DNA from: a virus
Taxonomy: Duplodnaviria; Caudoviricetes
Reading direction: 5' to 3' (one strand)
Virus record (IMG/VR): IMGVR_UViG_3300033076_000704
Span: 1 to 63,790 of that record
DNA length: 63,790 bases
Shown piece after piece: positions 9,790-20,848 of the stretch. A program made the translations under genes and the position numbers. Numbering within the stretch: position 1 is the first letter of the stretch; every line of letters begins with the position of its first letter. The notes below the pieces were generated by a model that saw only the letters and a program-made list of their open reading frames with translations, was not told the origin of the DNA and did no database searches.

Positions 9790-11201
9790 CCGCTTAAATC
9801 TATCGTTGCCTTTTTGCCTTCGCGCAATCGCATCTTATGCTTTGCCCATCCATAAGGGAATTGATATCCTCTAGCCTTACCAAGAGCAACCAATTCCTGC
9901 AATGTTTTACATGCTCTTTCCTCAATCGCGCGTTTCTTTCTTTTTTCTTTCCACGACAACTCATCTAACTCACCATCCTCAACATCTATCTCTCTGGATT
10001 TGACCTCATATATATGACCGCACTCAGGGCAGCAAGGGGATGGAGAATGCACATAATAGCACTTAGGGCATGTTCTTATGGTGGTTTTTGGTTCTTCAGC
10101 TTCTCTTCGCTTGCGTTTTGGTCTATCCTCTAATGACCAATCAAAATCATCAGTCGGAAATCCATGGCGTCTGATATTATTCGTATGGTCAATTATTATT
10201 GCTGGATATGGTTTTGGCCTTAAGGCTCTGCCGATGCTTTGCAGGTGACGACTTAAGCTCATGGTGGGTGTATATAGTATTACCGCCTCAATCGGTACAG
10301 AGCGACCAGCAAAACTCGACAGGTCAAATCCCTCAGTCATTATATTCACATTTGAAAGCACTAGATGCTTACCATCTGCAAATCCCTCAACTATTTCTTT
10401 GCGCTCATTCTTGGGGATATTGGCATCTAAATGCACTGCTGGAATGCCATTTAAACGAAATTGTCTGACCACTTCCTCGGATACCTTCACAGATGGAGCA
10501 AAAACCACTGTGCGCTGCCCGCCTGCATATTTAAGCCAGTTGGCTACTACATCGCCAATAAGTTTAGGTTTCATCATTTCATTTTCAACATCTTCAATGG
10601 CATACTCGCCTTGTTTGATGTGAAATTTACTGGTGTCTAATTCAGTGGGTGCGAACACACGGTAATCAGAAAGAAATTTATTCTCGATTAACCACGCCAC
10701 AGATGGGCCATCTATCATTGCATCAAAATGCTTTTTTAGTCCATCGCCATTCATACGCCACGGCGTCGCTGTTAACCCAACTACATATGCACCACCCTTC
10801 TTCGCCCATTCTACTACCTCACTCCAACTACGACTCATAGATAAATGAGCTTCATCTACTATCAGAAAATCTGGGGGCTGTAGTTCATCCAACCTGCGAT
10901 GCAGGCTGTTGATGATGGCCACATGACATAGCGGTTTATCCGAGTATGGCATTCCCGCCGCAATAAAGCTATGTTGTATTCCCACATCATAAAGCGTTTT
11001 GCTGGTCTGCGTAGTGAGTTCCTTGCGATGCACCATAAAAATAGTGCGCTTTGCTCTTTCGGTTGCAGATTTAATCATATAGCACGCTACAGCGGTTTTA
11101 CCATAGCCAGTAGGGGCGCGAAGAAGGACGGCTTTATGACGCTTTAGTTCTTCGCGTAATTTATTAATGTCGGATTCCTGATGGGGGTAGAGGGATATCA
11201 T
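9783..11201 (-). CDS. Superfamily II DEAD/DEAH helicase with C-terminal Zn ribbon
   Basis: APTGYGKT, DEAH, LTATP, QSIGRALR, CPKC..CPECG. Confidence 0.93.
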   Translation of the reverse strand: MISLYPHQESDINKLREELKRHKAVLLRAPTGYGKTAVACYMIKSATERAKRTIFMVHRKELTTQTSKTLYDVGIQHSFIAAGMPYSDKPLCHVAIINSLHRRLDELQPPDFLIVDEAHLSMSRSWSEVVEWAKKGGAYVVGLTATPWRMNGDGLKKHFDAMIDGPSVAWLIENKFLSDYRVFAPTELDTSKFHIKQGEYAIEDVENEMMKPKLIGDVVANWLKYAGGQRTVVFAPSVKVSEEVVRQFRLNGIPAVHLDANIPKNERKEIVEGFADGKHLVLSNVNIMTEGFDLSSFAGRSVPIEAVILYTPTMSLSRHLQSIGRALRPKPYPAIIIDHTNNIRRHGFPTDDFDWSLEDRPKRKRREAEEPKTTIRTCPKCYYVHSPSPCCPECGHIYEVKSREIDVEDGELDELSWKEKRKKRAIEERACKTLQELVALGKARGYQFPYGWAKHKMRLREGKKATIDLSGC

Positions 11202-11518
11202 TGGCCAGCGGGAAAAGTTATCTTCTTGGATACTGGCTCATAAGCATAGACCTGCTGCATAGTAAGCGGTGGCTTCAGCATTCCCTTAATCTTCTCGTAA
11301 GCGGCTTGGGCTTGTTCGGGGGCGTTGAAATAAAAAGTGCTTACTTCGGTATCTTCAGCTTCTTCTCCGGCTCCGTCATGAAAGGCAATTCTATTATTTA
11401 CTAAATAGAACAAATTAATTCTACGCAAATTAACCGCCTCTGTAGCCTCTGTTATGCCCTCAAAATCCTCTGCAAAAATCCACGTCATTTTAGTTCTCCT
11501 TTTTGGTTGTTAATAAGC

Positions 11519-13996
11519 TCAATCATCGTCCTCTCCCTTTAGAAAATACTCCTTGGGAACGGCAATCCCGCGACAAGGCGCGATGCCTGCGCTGTAAGTT
11601 CTTTTGGTAACAGTCTCCGTACCAGCTAAATCAGATAGCGAGCGCACCCATTTTGTCCATGGTGTATCTTTAAGCATATGCGCTAGTGGCGGAGAGTTAT
11701 TTGCAAATAATACCATGCCCTCTGGCTTAGGCCATATTCCAATGCCCCTTAATAAGTCAAGAGCCGTGTCTTTATGCATTCCAGTAGTTTTATCAACAGG
11801 AGTATAGCATTTTTTTATCAACGAGCCTATTTGCTCCTCGTAACGCTCATATCTTAATTTTTGAGAGCAGATAAATGAAAGTAGTCTTTCTGAGTCAGTT
11901 AATTCATCGACAGCGGTAAATGAGCGTACATCATGAGTTTTAATGAACTTCACCGCATCATCATACGCAATCACATTTGTGCTGTGTAGCAGATATAGCC
12001 CAGCAAGCATAGTGCCAACTTGGTCTGCGGCTCTCCGGTCACGCAGAACCTCTGTGCAGGCATCGACGAAAATATCGCAGTTCTTTAGCAATACGGGAAG
12101 ATAGGTAATTACTCTTCCCATCAAGCGTTGATGATAATTTTGAGTGAGCGTTTCGCTAAATGCTGCCTTGAAGCGCTTATAATCCTCGTCTTTATCGGTT
12201 ACCTTTCTTAACTCTAACATTGATATGCGAGTTTCATCCGCAAAATGCCTTATGGCGGCATTAATTCCAGAGAAGCAAAAAGTTGAGCGACAATAATAAG
12301 TAGTCGCTTCTCCATGCGGGGAGCCTTTGATAACGGCAGCTCCTGAACTCGCCTTTCTTGCTAATTCTAAGGTTCCCTCCATCGCCTCCTGCTGTCTTTT
12401 GCTTTCGCTTTCTGCCTCGTCATAAACTATTGGCCTATTGTCATCACCAAGCGATTGTCTTAATGCTGGCTCAGTAGTCCCACCCTCGACACTTAATTTT
12501 AGACTACCTAGCGTCCGGCCTATAATATCTTTTAAGAAGGTGGTTTTACCACTTGAGCTTGCCCCTGTAATCCAAATATGCGGCCTCCATTTCAATGTGC
12601 CACATGCCAATGAAACAACAAGCCAACCCGCCAGAAGTAGTCCAGCTACCGGGTTCTTCCATGTTCCCATTTCGCAAATCTCGCGCAGCTTATAAGCCTC
12701 TGCATTTGTGAGTGGCTCTAGGGGTGCTGGTATAGCCTTCGCTCTAACATATATGTTGTCAGTTTTGTATTCATTAAGGCTGATGGGATTTATCCCATGA
12801 ATGTATAATTTTTCACCGCTGTTAAATATGATATCCTCACCATCCAGCCATATCCCCCTGCCCCTAATTTGTTCTTCTGGCTTGAAGATGCCTTTCTTAT
12901 GAGCCTTTTGCATAAGGTCATCCACTATCTCTTCGTGTTTCATTCTTAAATCCACCCAATGCCTCAAAGGAGCTAACTGCAAAAGATTAGCAGGAGTATG
13001 CCCCATTGCTGATAGCTCAATAATCTGCTGCGTGCTTTCGGGGTAATAATAATAAACCCCCTTATTGCATCCCAAAATTCTAAATGGTTGTGTGCCAATG
13101 ACCTTTGGCGTGAAGTCTTTGTCTTGATATTTATCATCAACTGCGACAGGCAATGGGAATAACTGGTCTTGTATTGCTGGAAGTCCAAACTGCATTGCAA
13201 GGTCGTTGTAATCAGTGCCGTTCTCACCGTCTTTGAATTGTACCGGCCTTATCTCACATCCATCGCACTTATTAGCCGCGACTACGCCAGCATTCACTTC
13301 GTTGTGCTTGTCATTATCAGCGGCAATAATAATGCGGCTATCTGGATATTCTTTCTTAAAGTGCTTTGCTACCAGCGGAAGGTTAGAAGCAAAAAAAGCA
13401 GCAACTACTGGATAGCCCGTTGCCTCACGAATACTGGCGGCGGTTGCGTAGCCTTCGCAGATAATTATTGTGCTTAAATTCTCCCCATCATTCGCAAGCA
13501 AATGATAGCGACCCTTAACCTCACCGCCTCTTAAAAATAACTTATCGCCCTCATCATCTATAGTTTGCAGGCTGGATAAGCCACTTCCATTCTGCACTGG
13601 TATAAGTAATAAATTGCCTTTTTGCTTTATCCCGTATGGCTTGATATTTTTGCGCTCAAGATAAGGGTGATTTACTGGCTCAACTCCCTCTTCCCATAAT
13701 TTTGCAGCTTCCTTAATCGCCTCTTTCTTTTGTGCATCTATCTCTTTTTTTATTTTTTCCTGCTGCTGTTTTATCTTCTTTTGAGCAAGAGGGTCGGTAA
13801 GTACGCGCTTAGGATTCCAGTTGAATGTCTTGCCTATTGTGTGGTCGTGCATCCATCCGCCATGCTCATAAAAACAATAGCCGATATTATCGCGCTTATG
13901 GCCACGATGCGTGAAGCGGTGTACCTGCCCATCGCACTTAATTTGCTCGACAGGCGAATACCCTTGCTTGTGAATCCAATCTAATATCTCTTGCAC
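11519..13996 (-). CDS. Toprim primase / P-loop helicase
   Basis: CEGYATA, AADND, DYND (Toprim); GASSSGKT and VYDE (Walker A/B). Confidence 0.88.
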   Translation of the reverse strand: MQEILDWIHKQGYSPVEQIKCDGQVHRFTHRGHKRDNIGYCFYEHGGWMHDHTIGKTFNWNPKRVLTDPLAQKKIKQQQEKIKKEIDAQKKEAIKEAAKLWEEGVEPVNHPYLERKNIKPYGIKQKGNLLLIPVQNGSGLSSLQTIDDEGDKLFLRGGEVKGRYHLLANDGENLSTIIICEGYATAASIREATGYPVVAAFFASNLPLVAKHFKKEYPDSRIIIAADNDKHNEVNAGVVAANKCDGCEIRPVQFKDGENGTDYNDLAMQFGLPAIQDQLFPLPVAVDDKYQDKDFTPKVIGTQPFRILGCNKGVYYYYPESTQQIIELSAMGHTPANLLQLAPLRHWVDLRMKHEEIVDDLMQKAHKKGIFKPEEQIRGRGIWLDGEDIIFNSGEKLYIHGINPISLNEYKTDNIYVRAKAIPAPLEPLTNAEAYKLREICEMGTWKNPVAGLLLAGWLVVSLACGTLKWRPHIWITGASSSGKTTFLKDIIGRTLGSLKLSVEGGTTEPALRQSLGDDNRPIVYDEAESESKRQQEAMEGTLELARKASSGAAVIKGSPHGEATTYYCRSTFCFSGINAAIRHFADETRISMLELRKVTDKDEDYKRFKAAFSETLTQNYHQRLMGRVITYLPVLLKNCDIFVDACTEVLRDRRAADQVGTMLAGLYLLHSTNVIAYDDAVKFIKTHDVRSFTAVDELTDSERLLSFICSQKLRYERYEEQIGSLIKKCYTPVDKTTGMHKDTALDLLRGIGIWPKPEGMVLFANNSPPLAHMLKDTPWTKWVRSLSDLAGTETVTKRTYSAGIAPCRGIAVPKEYFLKGEDDD

Positions 13997-14184
13997 AACT
14001 CGCCCTCTAATCCCTTAAGAAGAAGGCGCACCTCGCGTTCATTGCATTTTTTGCCTGTCTCCCAGTTACTTATGGTCATATGGGTGCGGCTAAGTAACGC
14101 TGCCAACTGAGATTGGCTTAAGTCATAATGAGCGCGAAAAACTTTAACGAGCTTCGGCAGTGGAAGCTCACTGTCTGCAATCAT
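13981..14184 (-). CDS. XRE-family HTH regulator
   Basis: LSQSQLAALLSRTHMTISNWETG. Confidence 0.85.
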   Translation of the reverse strand: MIADSELPLPKLVKVFRAHYDLSQSQLAALLSRTHMTISNWETGKKCNEREVRLLLKGLEGELCKRY

Positions 14185-14242
14185 ATAAAAATTCCCTATT
14201 ATTTATATAGATTTTATATAATTCATTATAAGCCGCTATTGT

Positions 14243-14455
14243 TTATTTATTAATTTCCACAGCTTTCAACAAACCCAACTCAATCCCTTTTAGAGTATCG
14301 GGTAGATACTCTGGATAACTATTGTCCCGTTTCCATCTTCTGAGGGTTTCATCGGTGCAATGTAGTTTGTCAGCTATTTGCGCTTTGGTAAGTCCATACC
14401 TCTCGCACATCAGGCTAATGGTTTCTGGAATACTCAGATTCATTTCGGTTATCAT
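14243..14455 (-). CDS. XRE-family HTH regulator
   Basis: LTKAQIADKLHCTDETLRRW. Confidence 0.75.
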   Translation of the reverse strand: MITEMNLSIPETISLMCERYGLTKAQIADKLHCTDETLRRWKRDNSYPEYLPDTLKGIELGLLKAVEINK

Positions 14456-14711
14456 TTTCCTATCGCCTCCTTCATCACTGGAAATATATTTTTATAACAT
14501 TTTAATGCCTCTGCTTCATACTCTTTTATAAAATCCTGTAGAGTAAGGCCGCTGCCCTTGTAATCCTCTATTATCAGCAAGAAGGCAGCAAACAGGTGCG
14601 CTCTCAGTAGCGAGCTTATTACTTCTGGCGATGGTTGCTCATCCTCTTCCATCACTGCGTTTGTGTAGGCCATAGTGTATCTAAGAAACTCTTCCTTTTG
14701 TTTGCGTGTTA

Positions 14712-14960
14712 TCATCTCACCTCCTTTAATCCTCTATCGGTTAGTTTATGTTTACGAATCTTACTCTGGCAGTTATCGCAACACTCATATCTATCCAGTG
14801 TAGTTAAGCCTCTGCGCTTAAACTCTCTGAGCGAGTTATAAACTGTGCGCTCACTGCATTTGAATGGCAATGCCTTGATAAGTCCGTTGGCAGTAACTCC
14901 TTGCGGGTATGCTACCAGTATTCTGAGTATGCGTGTTCGGTAGTCTATTTTAGCGGTCAT
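14712..14960 (-). CDS. winged-helix DNA-binding protein
   Basis: SERTVYNSL.EF..RGL...KLT..G. Confidence 0.6.
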   Translation of the reverse strand: MTAKIDYRTRILRILVAYPQGVTANGLIKALPFKCSERTVYNSLREFKRRGLTTLDRYECCDNCQSKIRKHKLTDRGLKEVR

Positions 14961-15280
14961 TCTTATCTCCTGCTGCTTCGTTATGCTCTTGCCAGAACTT
15001 AATTAGCTCTAATGCCTCTTTCTCGGTACAGCCCATAAACTGGCATAGTTGCTCTAAGTCTTCTTTTGTTTCGTCTAATATCTTTTTTAAGCCCACGCTG
15101 GTCATCTCATCACCTCCTTGGTTGTTGTATGCCATAAGCCGCAATACTTGCAGTGATACGCTCTGGATAGCGGTTTAAAGCCCTTGCGCTTGTTGTTTTG
15201 ATTGTTCTGGTTGCGTATCCACATATCGGCTGTATTCTCAGTTAAGAACTGCACCTTGCCGGATTTTGTGCATCTGGATT

Positions 15281-15457
15281 TCATATCTCCCCCACTCTCT
15301 TTAATACCTCATCGCGCCCAAGTATCTGCATCGCCTCAAATATGGGCGGCGATACGGTGTCGCCCCATACAGCGGCGCGTAGTGCTTGTGCCACTTGTGG
15401 GAAGCTCAGGCCGTGTATGATGCAATGGGCGCGTATGTGTGCTTCTAAGTTGGTCAT
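15281..15457 (-). CDS. 58-aa standalone glutamyl-tRNA synthetase anticodon-binding-domain-like protein (not in ORF track)
   Basis: MTNLEAHIRAHCIIHGLSFPQVAQALRAAVWGDTVSPPIFEAMQILGRDEVLKRVGEI; ATGA-coupled on both sides. Confidence 0.8.
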   Translation of the reverse strand: MTNLEAHIRAHCIIHGLSFPQVAQALRAAVWGDTVSPPIFEAMQILGRDEVLKRVGEI

Positions 15458-16373
15458 CTCACCCTCATCACTTGTTTAGCGTAATAATTAACTGCTGCCT
15501 CTGCGCTGTCAGATAAATAATAATCCCTCTCTCCGTTGGCATAGGTTATAACCTCCCATGCGCCTGAGAATATGAGTGCAACATTACCGCCGCTACCCAT
15601 ATATCTCCGCACTAGGCCGCTACTAGGATAACGGCTGGTGGTTAGTTGGCTGCGGTAGGTCATGGCTTGCTCTTATGTAAATTAGCATAATATGGTTGCC
15701 CATAGGATTTGTTATCATCCCCTACGCACAACACCCCCGCATAATACAGTCGGTCTAGTCTGCGATAATAAACATCACTTCCATCACTTAAGTAGCGACC
15801 TATAATACCTTTTTTACACTCATCCCATTTCTCAACTAAACTTGGCGCGTATTCTTCTAAGAGCTTGCGAAAGGCGGCATTAAACAGCTCCACATTTTTT
15901 TCTGTATTCTGCAAACCCACACTATCATTACCGCTTTCACATTTCTTGATGTAAGCAGCACATTTAGCAGCTTCATCAAGGAATCTTTCGTATTTTATAC
16001 ATTCTTGCTCAGTGGCAAATAATGCCCCGTCAACGGCTTCATATTTAATAATTGCCTTCACAACCCATCTCCTTTTAGCGCCTGTTTACCAGACTCAGTT
16101 AGCACCCACTGTTCACCCTCCCATCGGATTAGACCTCTCTCAAGCAAGCGCCTATGGACGCGCTGGTGTTCCCATCTCCATAGCTGGATATGTATCGGCC
16201 TGAGTCCATCTTTATACTTGGGCAGGTATTCCCGCAGTAATGAACAGAACTCTATATCAGGCGGACGGCGTGTCATCACCCCCCCACCCTTAATACATGT
16301 ATCATCATCGCCAGCCCATAGCACACGGTATATGCGCTAATTATGGCCAGTAGGTAGTAGGATAGGTTATCGG

Positions 16374-16598
16374 TCATTGTAGCCCCCATCCTATCAACTC
16401 ACCCACCTCAATCTTGAACGCTGCGGCAAGCAAGATTAATTTATATGCGCTTATTCTATCGCGTCCGGCTTCGTACTTCTGCACCTGTTGGAATGTAACC
16501 CCTAGCATCTTTGCAAGCTGGCTTTGTGTTAGTCCGTGCAGTTCCCTTGTGCGTTTTAAAGCTGTGCCTAAGCGCTGGTAGTATTGCGACTCTTTCAT
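16374..16598 (-). CDS. XRE-family HTH regulator (alphaproteobacterial type)
   Basis: LGVTFQQVQKYEAGRDRISA signature. Confidence 0.9.
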   Translation of the reverse strand: MKESQYYQRLGTALKRTRELHGLTQSQLAKMLGVTFQQVQKYEAGRDRISAYKLILLAAAFKIEVGELIGWGLQ

Positions 16599-16776
16599 TG
16601 TTTAGCCCTTTCTAATAATAGTTTTGCTTCTGTGTCGTCACCTGCTAGGTGGGCATCTGGAAGGCCAGTGACTAGACATAACTCGCTTATAGAGAAGAAA
16701 TTATTATCAGCTATTTGCGTGTTAATGTTAACCCAAGGCAACGGCGATATAGGCAGATTAAGCGGGTTATCTTTGG

Positions 16777-17256
16777 TCATGGTTTTACCTCATACCCAAA
16801 AGGGATATTGCCAGCAGCAATGCTTTTCCAATGAGATACAACAGAATCGGCGGCAAATTCACGCTCATCTATCATGCGCTGCGCTTCTTTCTGTAAGAAA
16901 TCCCATGTTTCCTTGGTCATGGTTTTTGCGAATCTCTCCTCATATTGAGGGTAGAGCATCATGCTAAAGTCAATTAATCTAAGCGGTTTCCCCTTATATT
17001 CACTCATCCACCCCTTTATAAACTCCCACATAATACAGCCAGCCTGAAACCCTGTAATTCCCCCTTGTTTAGAGGCGTTTCCTGCCCATGCAGCAGCGAC
17101 AGCGGAGGCGGCTATTGCGTGGCAAATAGTGCCGTAATCATGGCTATAGCCCTCCAGAATCTTTTTCATAAAAGCCGGTAAGGTTTTAATCGTTTGTTTT
17201 TTTGCGTCTTTATACCATTGCTCTTGCAGGTTATCTTCTTCTCTTATTTGTTTCAT
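16777..17256 (-). CDS. conserved phage hypothetical protein
   Basis: HDYGTICHA, GITGFQAG..MW.F, MLYPQY motifs. Confidence 0.65.
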   Translation of the reverse strand: MKQIREEDNLQEQWYKDAKKQTIKTLPAFMKKILEGYSHDYGTICHAIAASAVAAAWAGNASKQGGITGFQAGCIMWEFIKGWMSEYKGKPLRLIDFSMMLYPQYEERFAKTMTKETWDFLQKEAQRMIDEREFAADSVVSHWKSIAAGNIPFGYEVKP

Positions 17257-18421
17257 ATCCCTATTCCCTTATGTTTGCGTTTAGTAAATTATCAATCCCA
17301 CAGCCCGTTTTTATGAACTGTATGTGCTGCCCCCTGTCTATGGTCTTCAGTACGAACCAACCCGCTGCAATAGCCAGTAGGTTGAAGCATAGCATGAGGC
17401 CGTAGAGGAATCCTTTTAAGTGTTGCATGGTTATTCCCTCTCAACTGTAATTTGGGTTAATATTTGTCTGGTTAGCTTAAGCCTTGCGCCTTCCCTAGTT
17501 TTTCCAGTGATAAACTTATTAATATATAAGATACTTATGGCGGCATCTACGCGCTGGAAATATTCCTTGCGTTGTGTTGCATTTACCTTTTCCAGTAGGG
17601 ATTCTATTTGTGAGTTCATGGTCTAACTCTCCTCAGTTGGTAAATAGGAAATAGGAGTTTCCTCAGTGTCTAGCAAAACCCAGTTCAAAACTCCTAGAAT
17701 CACGCCTGCCGTGTCATGGTCAATATTATGTTGCCTAACTAGCTCGCGCATTGCCTTTACTTTTTCTTCTGATTTCATATTTTCTAGCCTTTCTTGCTTC
17801 GTTTCTTGGTTACTCTAACAGCCTTCTGAGTTCTCCATGCGCTGTCAATTATCAACACCTTGTTTACCTCATAAGCCCCTGTCATAAAGTTTCGGGAAAG
17901 CATACCGCTTACGCTCTCTGACTTTATCTTGAACAAAATAAGAGACTCGCCAGATTTAAGTTGCTTTATGCGCCATATAATTGAACCTACTCTTTCAGTC
18001 ATGATTACCTTCCTTAACTTGCTTTATTACTTCTGCGGCTTTTTTCCTTATGTCGCGCATACAGGTTTTTTCAACTGGCTCTAAAACGTGGGCGTATTTC
18101 TCTCGCACCGCATTATAAGAATTTAGAACCATTTGAAGTTGCTCTAATAGTGCGTTTATTGCTTGTTTGTCGCTCATACTTCCCCCCTCGCTCTAGCCAC
18201 TACAGTTTTAGCCTCAACAATAGCCTTGTCTGATAGCGCATTAAAACCGCTTATATGGAACTCAATCACCCTTTCTAGGGCAGCGAGTAGGTCGTCGTGT
18301 AGGTTTACACAATGGACTATGTGTTGAGCGTAAGTAAACCCGTTAGCAAGGTATTGGCCTTCACTATCGTATATCCGCGCTGCGCTATCGAAATGCCACG
18401 GTAGGTTATATTCATTTTGCA

Positions 18422-18709
18422 TCACACTTCCCCCCTAGCTTTGTTGATTGCTGATTGCGCCCGTTCTTTAATAGCCGATTCTTCATCGTTCATTGCGTCC
18501 CCATAATAATTTAGGTATGCCTCCAACGCCTCAAGCATACCAGGCGCGGCCGCTATCAATCGGGCATTGGCAGCATCTTCCTCGTCAAATAATGCCGCAT
18601 CAAATTCAATCCTAGCCACGGTTCTATTTCTATCCCCAGGCGCTCCAATATATGCAGCATTGCCATTAAAAACTACCTGCCACTCACCTTGCGTATGTTT
18701 ACTAGTCAT
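18422..18709 (-). CDS. hypothetical early protein (HT.G.W...ANARLIAAAP family)
   Basis: KHTQGEW...ANARLIAAAPGMLEAL...KARG. Confidence 0.7.
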   Translation of the reverse strand: MTSKHTQGEWQVVFNGNAAYIGAPGDRNRTVARIEFDAALFDEEDAANARLIAAAPGMLEALEAYLNYYGDAMNDEESAIKERAQSAINKARGEV

Positions 18710-20480
18710 TGGTTGTTATCCTTTCCGGTTATGCGTGAACTCTTTACAGGGAACCAATAGCAATCATGGTAGATATATAAATCCTCCCCTTCTATGCCTT
18801 TGATTCTACCTTTCGCGGGTATGTCGTCATTGTATCCGGTATTGAAAAACACCACCTCCCCTATTGCATAGTTAGGGTGCTTTCCTTTGTCGTATCCATG
18901 TTTTGCCATGTATTGCGTGACTTCCCGTTGGTTAGTGTAAGTCGCGTCTAAATCCCATATTTGCATACTATTTGCCCTCCACTTGTGTGTTTATAGTTTC
19001 CTTATGCTGTAAATATCGCTCGCCATCCCAAAACCAGATTTTAGCTCCCTTGGTCATTTTATCGCCATTAATGCCAAAGTTGAAATTGCGCCCTATATAA
19101 TAACCAACTACTTGGTCAGGTGTTCCGTTAATCTCAGTTTCGATTGTGTCGCCATTGGTGAACTCAACTTTAACCTTATGGCGGCGAGACTTATCAAATG
19201 GGTTTATGGTGGCTGTCATATTATCACTCATATTAATTACTCCGTTGTTGTGTTGTTAGTTAAGTAGTTAAATCCCATAGTTCTTTATAGTAAATCCCAT
19301 ATTCCCTTAATGCGCTATTCGCTTTGCGTAGTTCCTCTATGTCGTCAATTATCGACGCGAATTTATCGTCCAGTACATCAAGCTCCCGCGCCATTTTAGC
19401 GATATCCTCTCTAGCTTCTTTACAGCTTAGAATTATTGCATCTATTTTGGGGCAGGTTTCTCTAGGTAGCTCCGGTGGCCTCATATCCCTAGCTCCCTTA
19501 ACTCATCATCACTCAATGCCACCGGCTTGGCCTTGGCAATCTTATATCCTGCCGCCCTCAGTTGTTTGAATACCGATTGTTCATGAATAGTTAGTACAGC
19601 GGCGACACCGTCTTCTTTCGCCATTACGCGCCATACGGCTTCCCCTTGTGGCGTATTAGGCATAAACCGTGTGAATAGTCCGTCAGTAATGTATGTTAAA
19701 TCGGTCATATTAGCTCTCCAATAGTTCATTAAATTGATTAATTAGCGCACCCTCATATCCAAGCTCAAATTTAACTTGCGTTACTTCCTCGCCCTTTTCA
19801 GTGTAGGTTATGACAAAATTACGCAATAAATGCGGGGATTGTTTTTTTGCCAGCTTAAAAAGCTTTGTAGTTATATCACCTTTTTTAGCGCATATAATGC
19901 GCCCCAAGTAATCAAAGCTCACAAGTTTAGCATCTGTTGTATATGTTAGCATTTTAACCCTCTAGTGTTTAAAATTCATGTAAGTTTACAAAATCCTGCA
20001 AATTACCTGCAAAATTTGTGTATGAGTCCAAATCGCCTTTGAAATATGTATGTTCGCCCAATTTACGTAGTTCAATTTGGTTTTTGTCAAAGCTAATCCA
20101 TGCCTCAACATTAAAGCCGTCTTTATGCCTTATTATTGCGCTGTGTTGCATATTTAGTACTCCCATTGTTAGTTTAACCAATAGAGCGCCCCAGGGGACG
20201 CTCAGTAAGTTAAGCTAGTATCCCGCCAATATCTGACCATAAGCCGCAGCCCACATCACGGCAGGAACGCCACCCGCTAGTAAGATAAGAATATCCCTTA
20301 CGGTATTGCTTTTAGGTTTATAGTGGCGGCGCATATTATTCCCTTTCGTTGTTAATTATGGAATAACCGCATAGTAACATAGAATAACCCATAATCAATC
20401 ATTATTTTCAATAAAATGCGGTTGTGTATATAATTCAATGGGTTGCGTGAGAATTATTATCTAACCTATTGAAATACAAC

Positions 20481-20825
20481 AATTACCCCAGTTGGAGCAA
20501 ACCTAACCTGCTGATAAATAACAATTACCCCAAAAATTACTACAGCTTGCTACAGCAGCTTAAAAAAATGTAGCAAGCCCAAAGCCCCAGCCAGCAAGGC
20601 TTAGAGAGAAATTTGCTACATTACCCCGCGTTTTCCGGAAATATAGAGATATATATAGAGAAAAATAAAAAATTCCCTATAGAGAAAAAAACACTCTCTC
20701 TTATATATATATTATATTATTTGTAGTAAATGTAGTAAGTGTAGTAAGAATCTGGGCAAGCCTTTATTTCTGCGGGTTACAGCTTGCCACATTTTTCCGG
20801 CCTCCGTGTAGCAAGCTGGGGTAAA
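20481..20825. other. Putative replication origin: TGTAG[CT]AA iterons flanking an AT-rich core
   Basis: Nine copies in both orientations around AT-rich 20641-20720. Confidence 0.65.
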
Positions 20826-20848
20826 TGTTATAAATCAATGGGTTATGT

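Noticed and set aside
14187-14199. AAAAATTCCCTAT also present near 20668
   Set aside because: Single AT-rich 13-mer match, plausible by chance.
18174-18709. Adjacent genes both ending ARGEV
   Set aside because: Explained by overlap with the GGGGGAAG RBS of the next gene and a common phage C-terminal motif.
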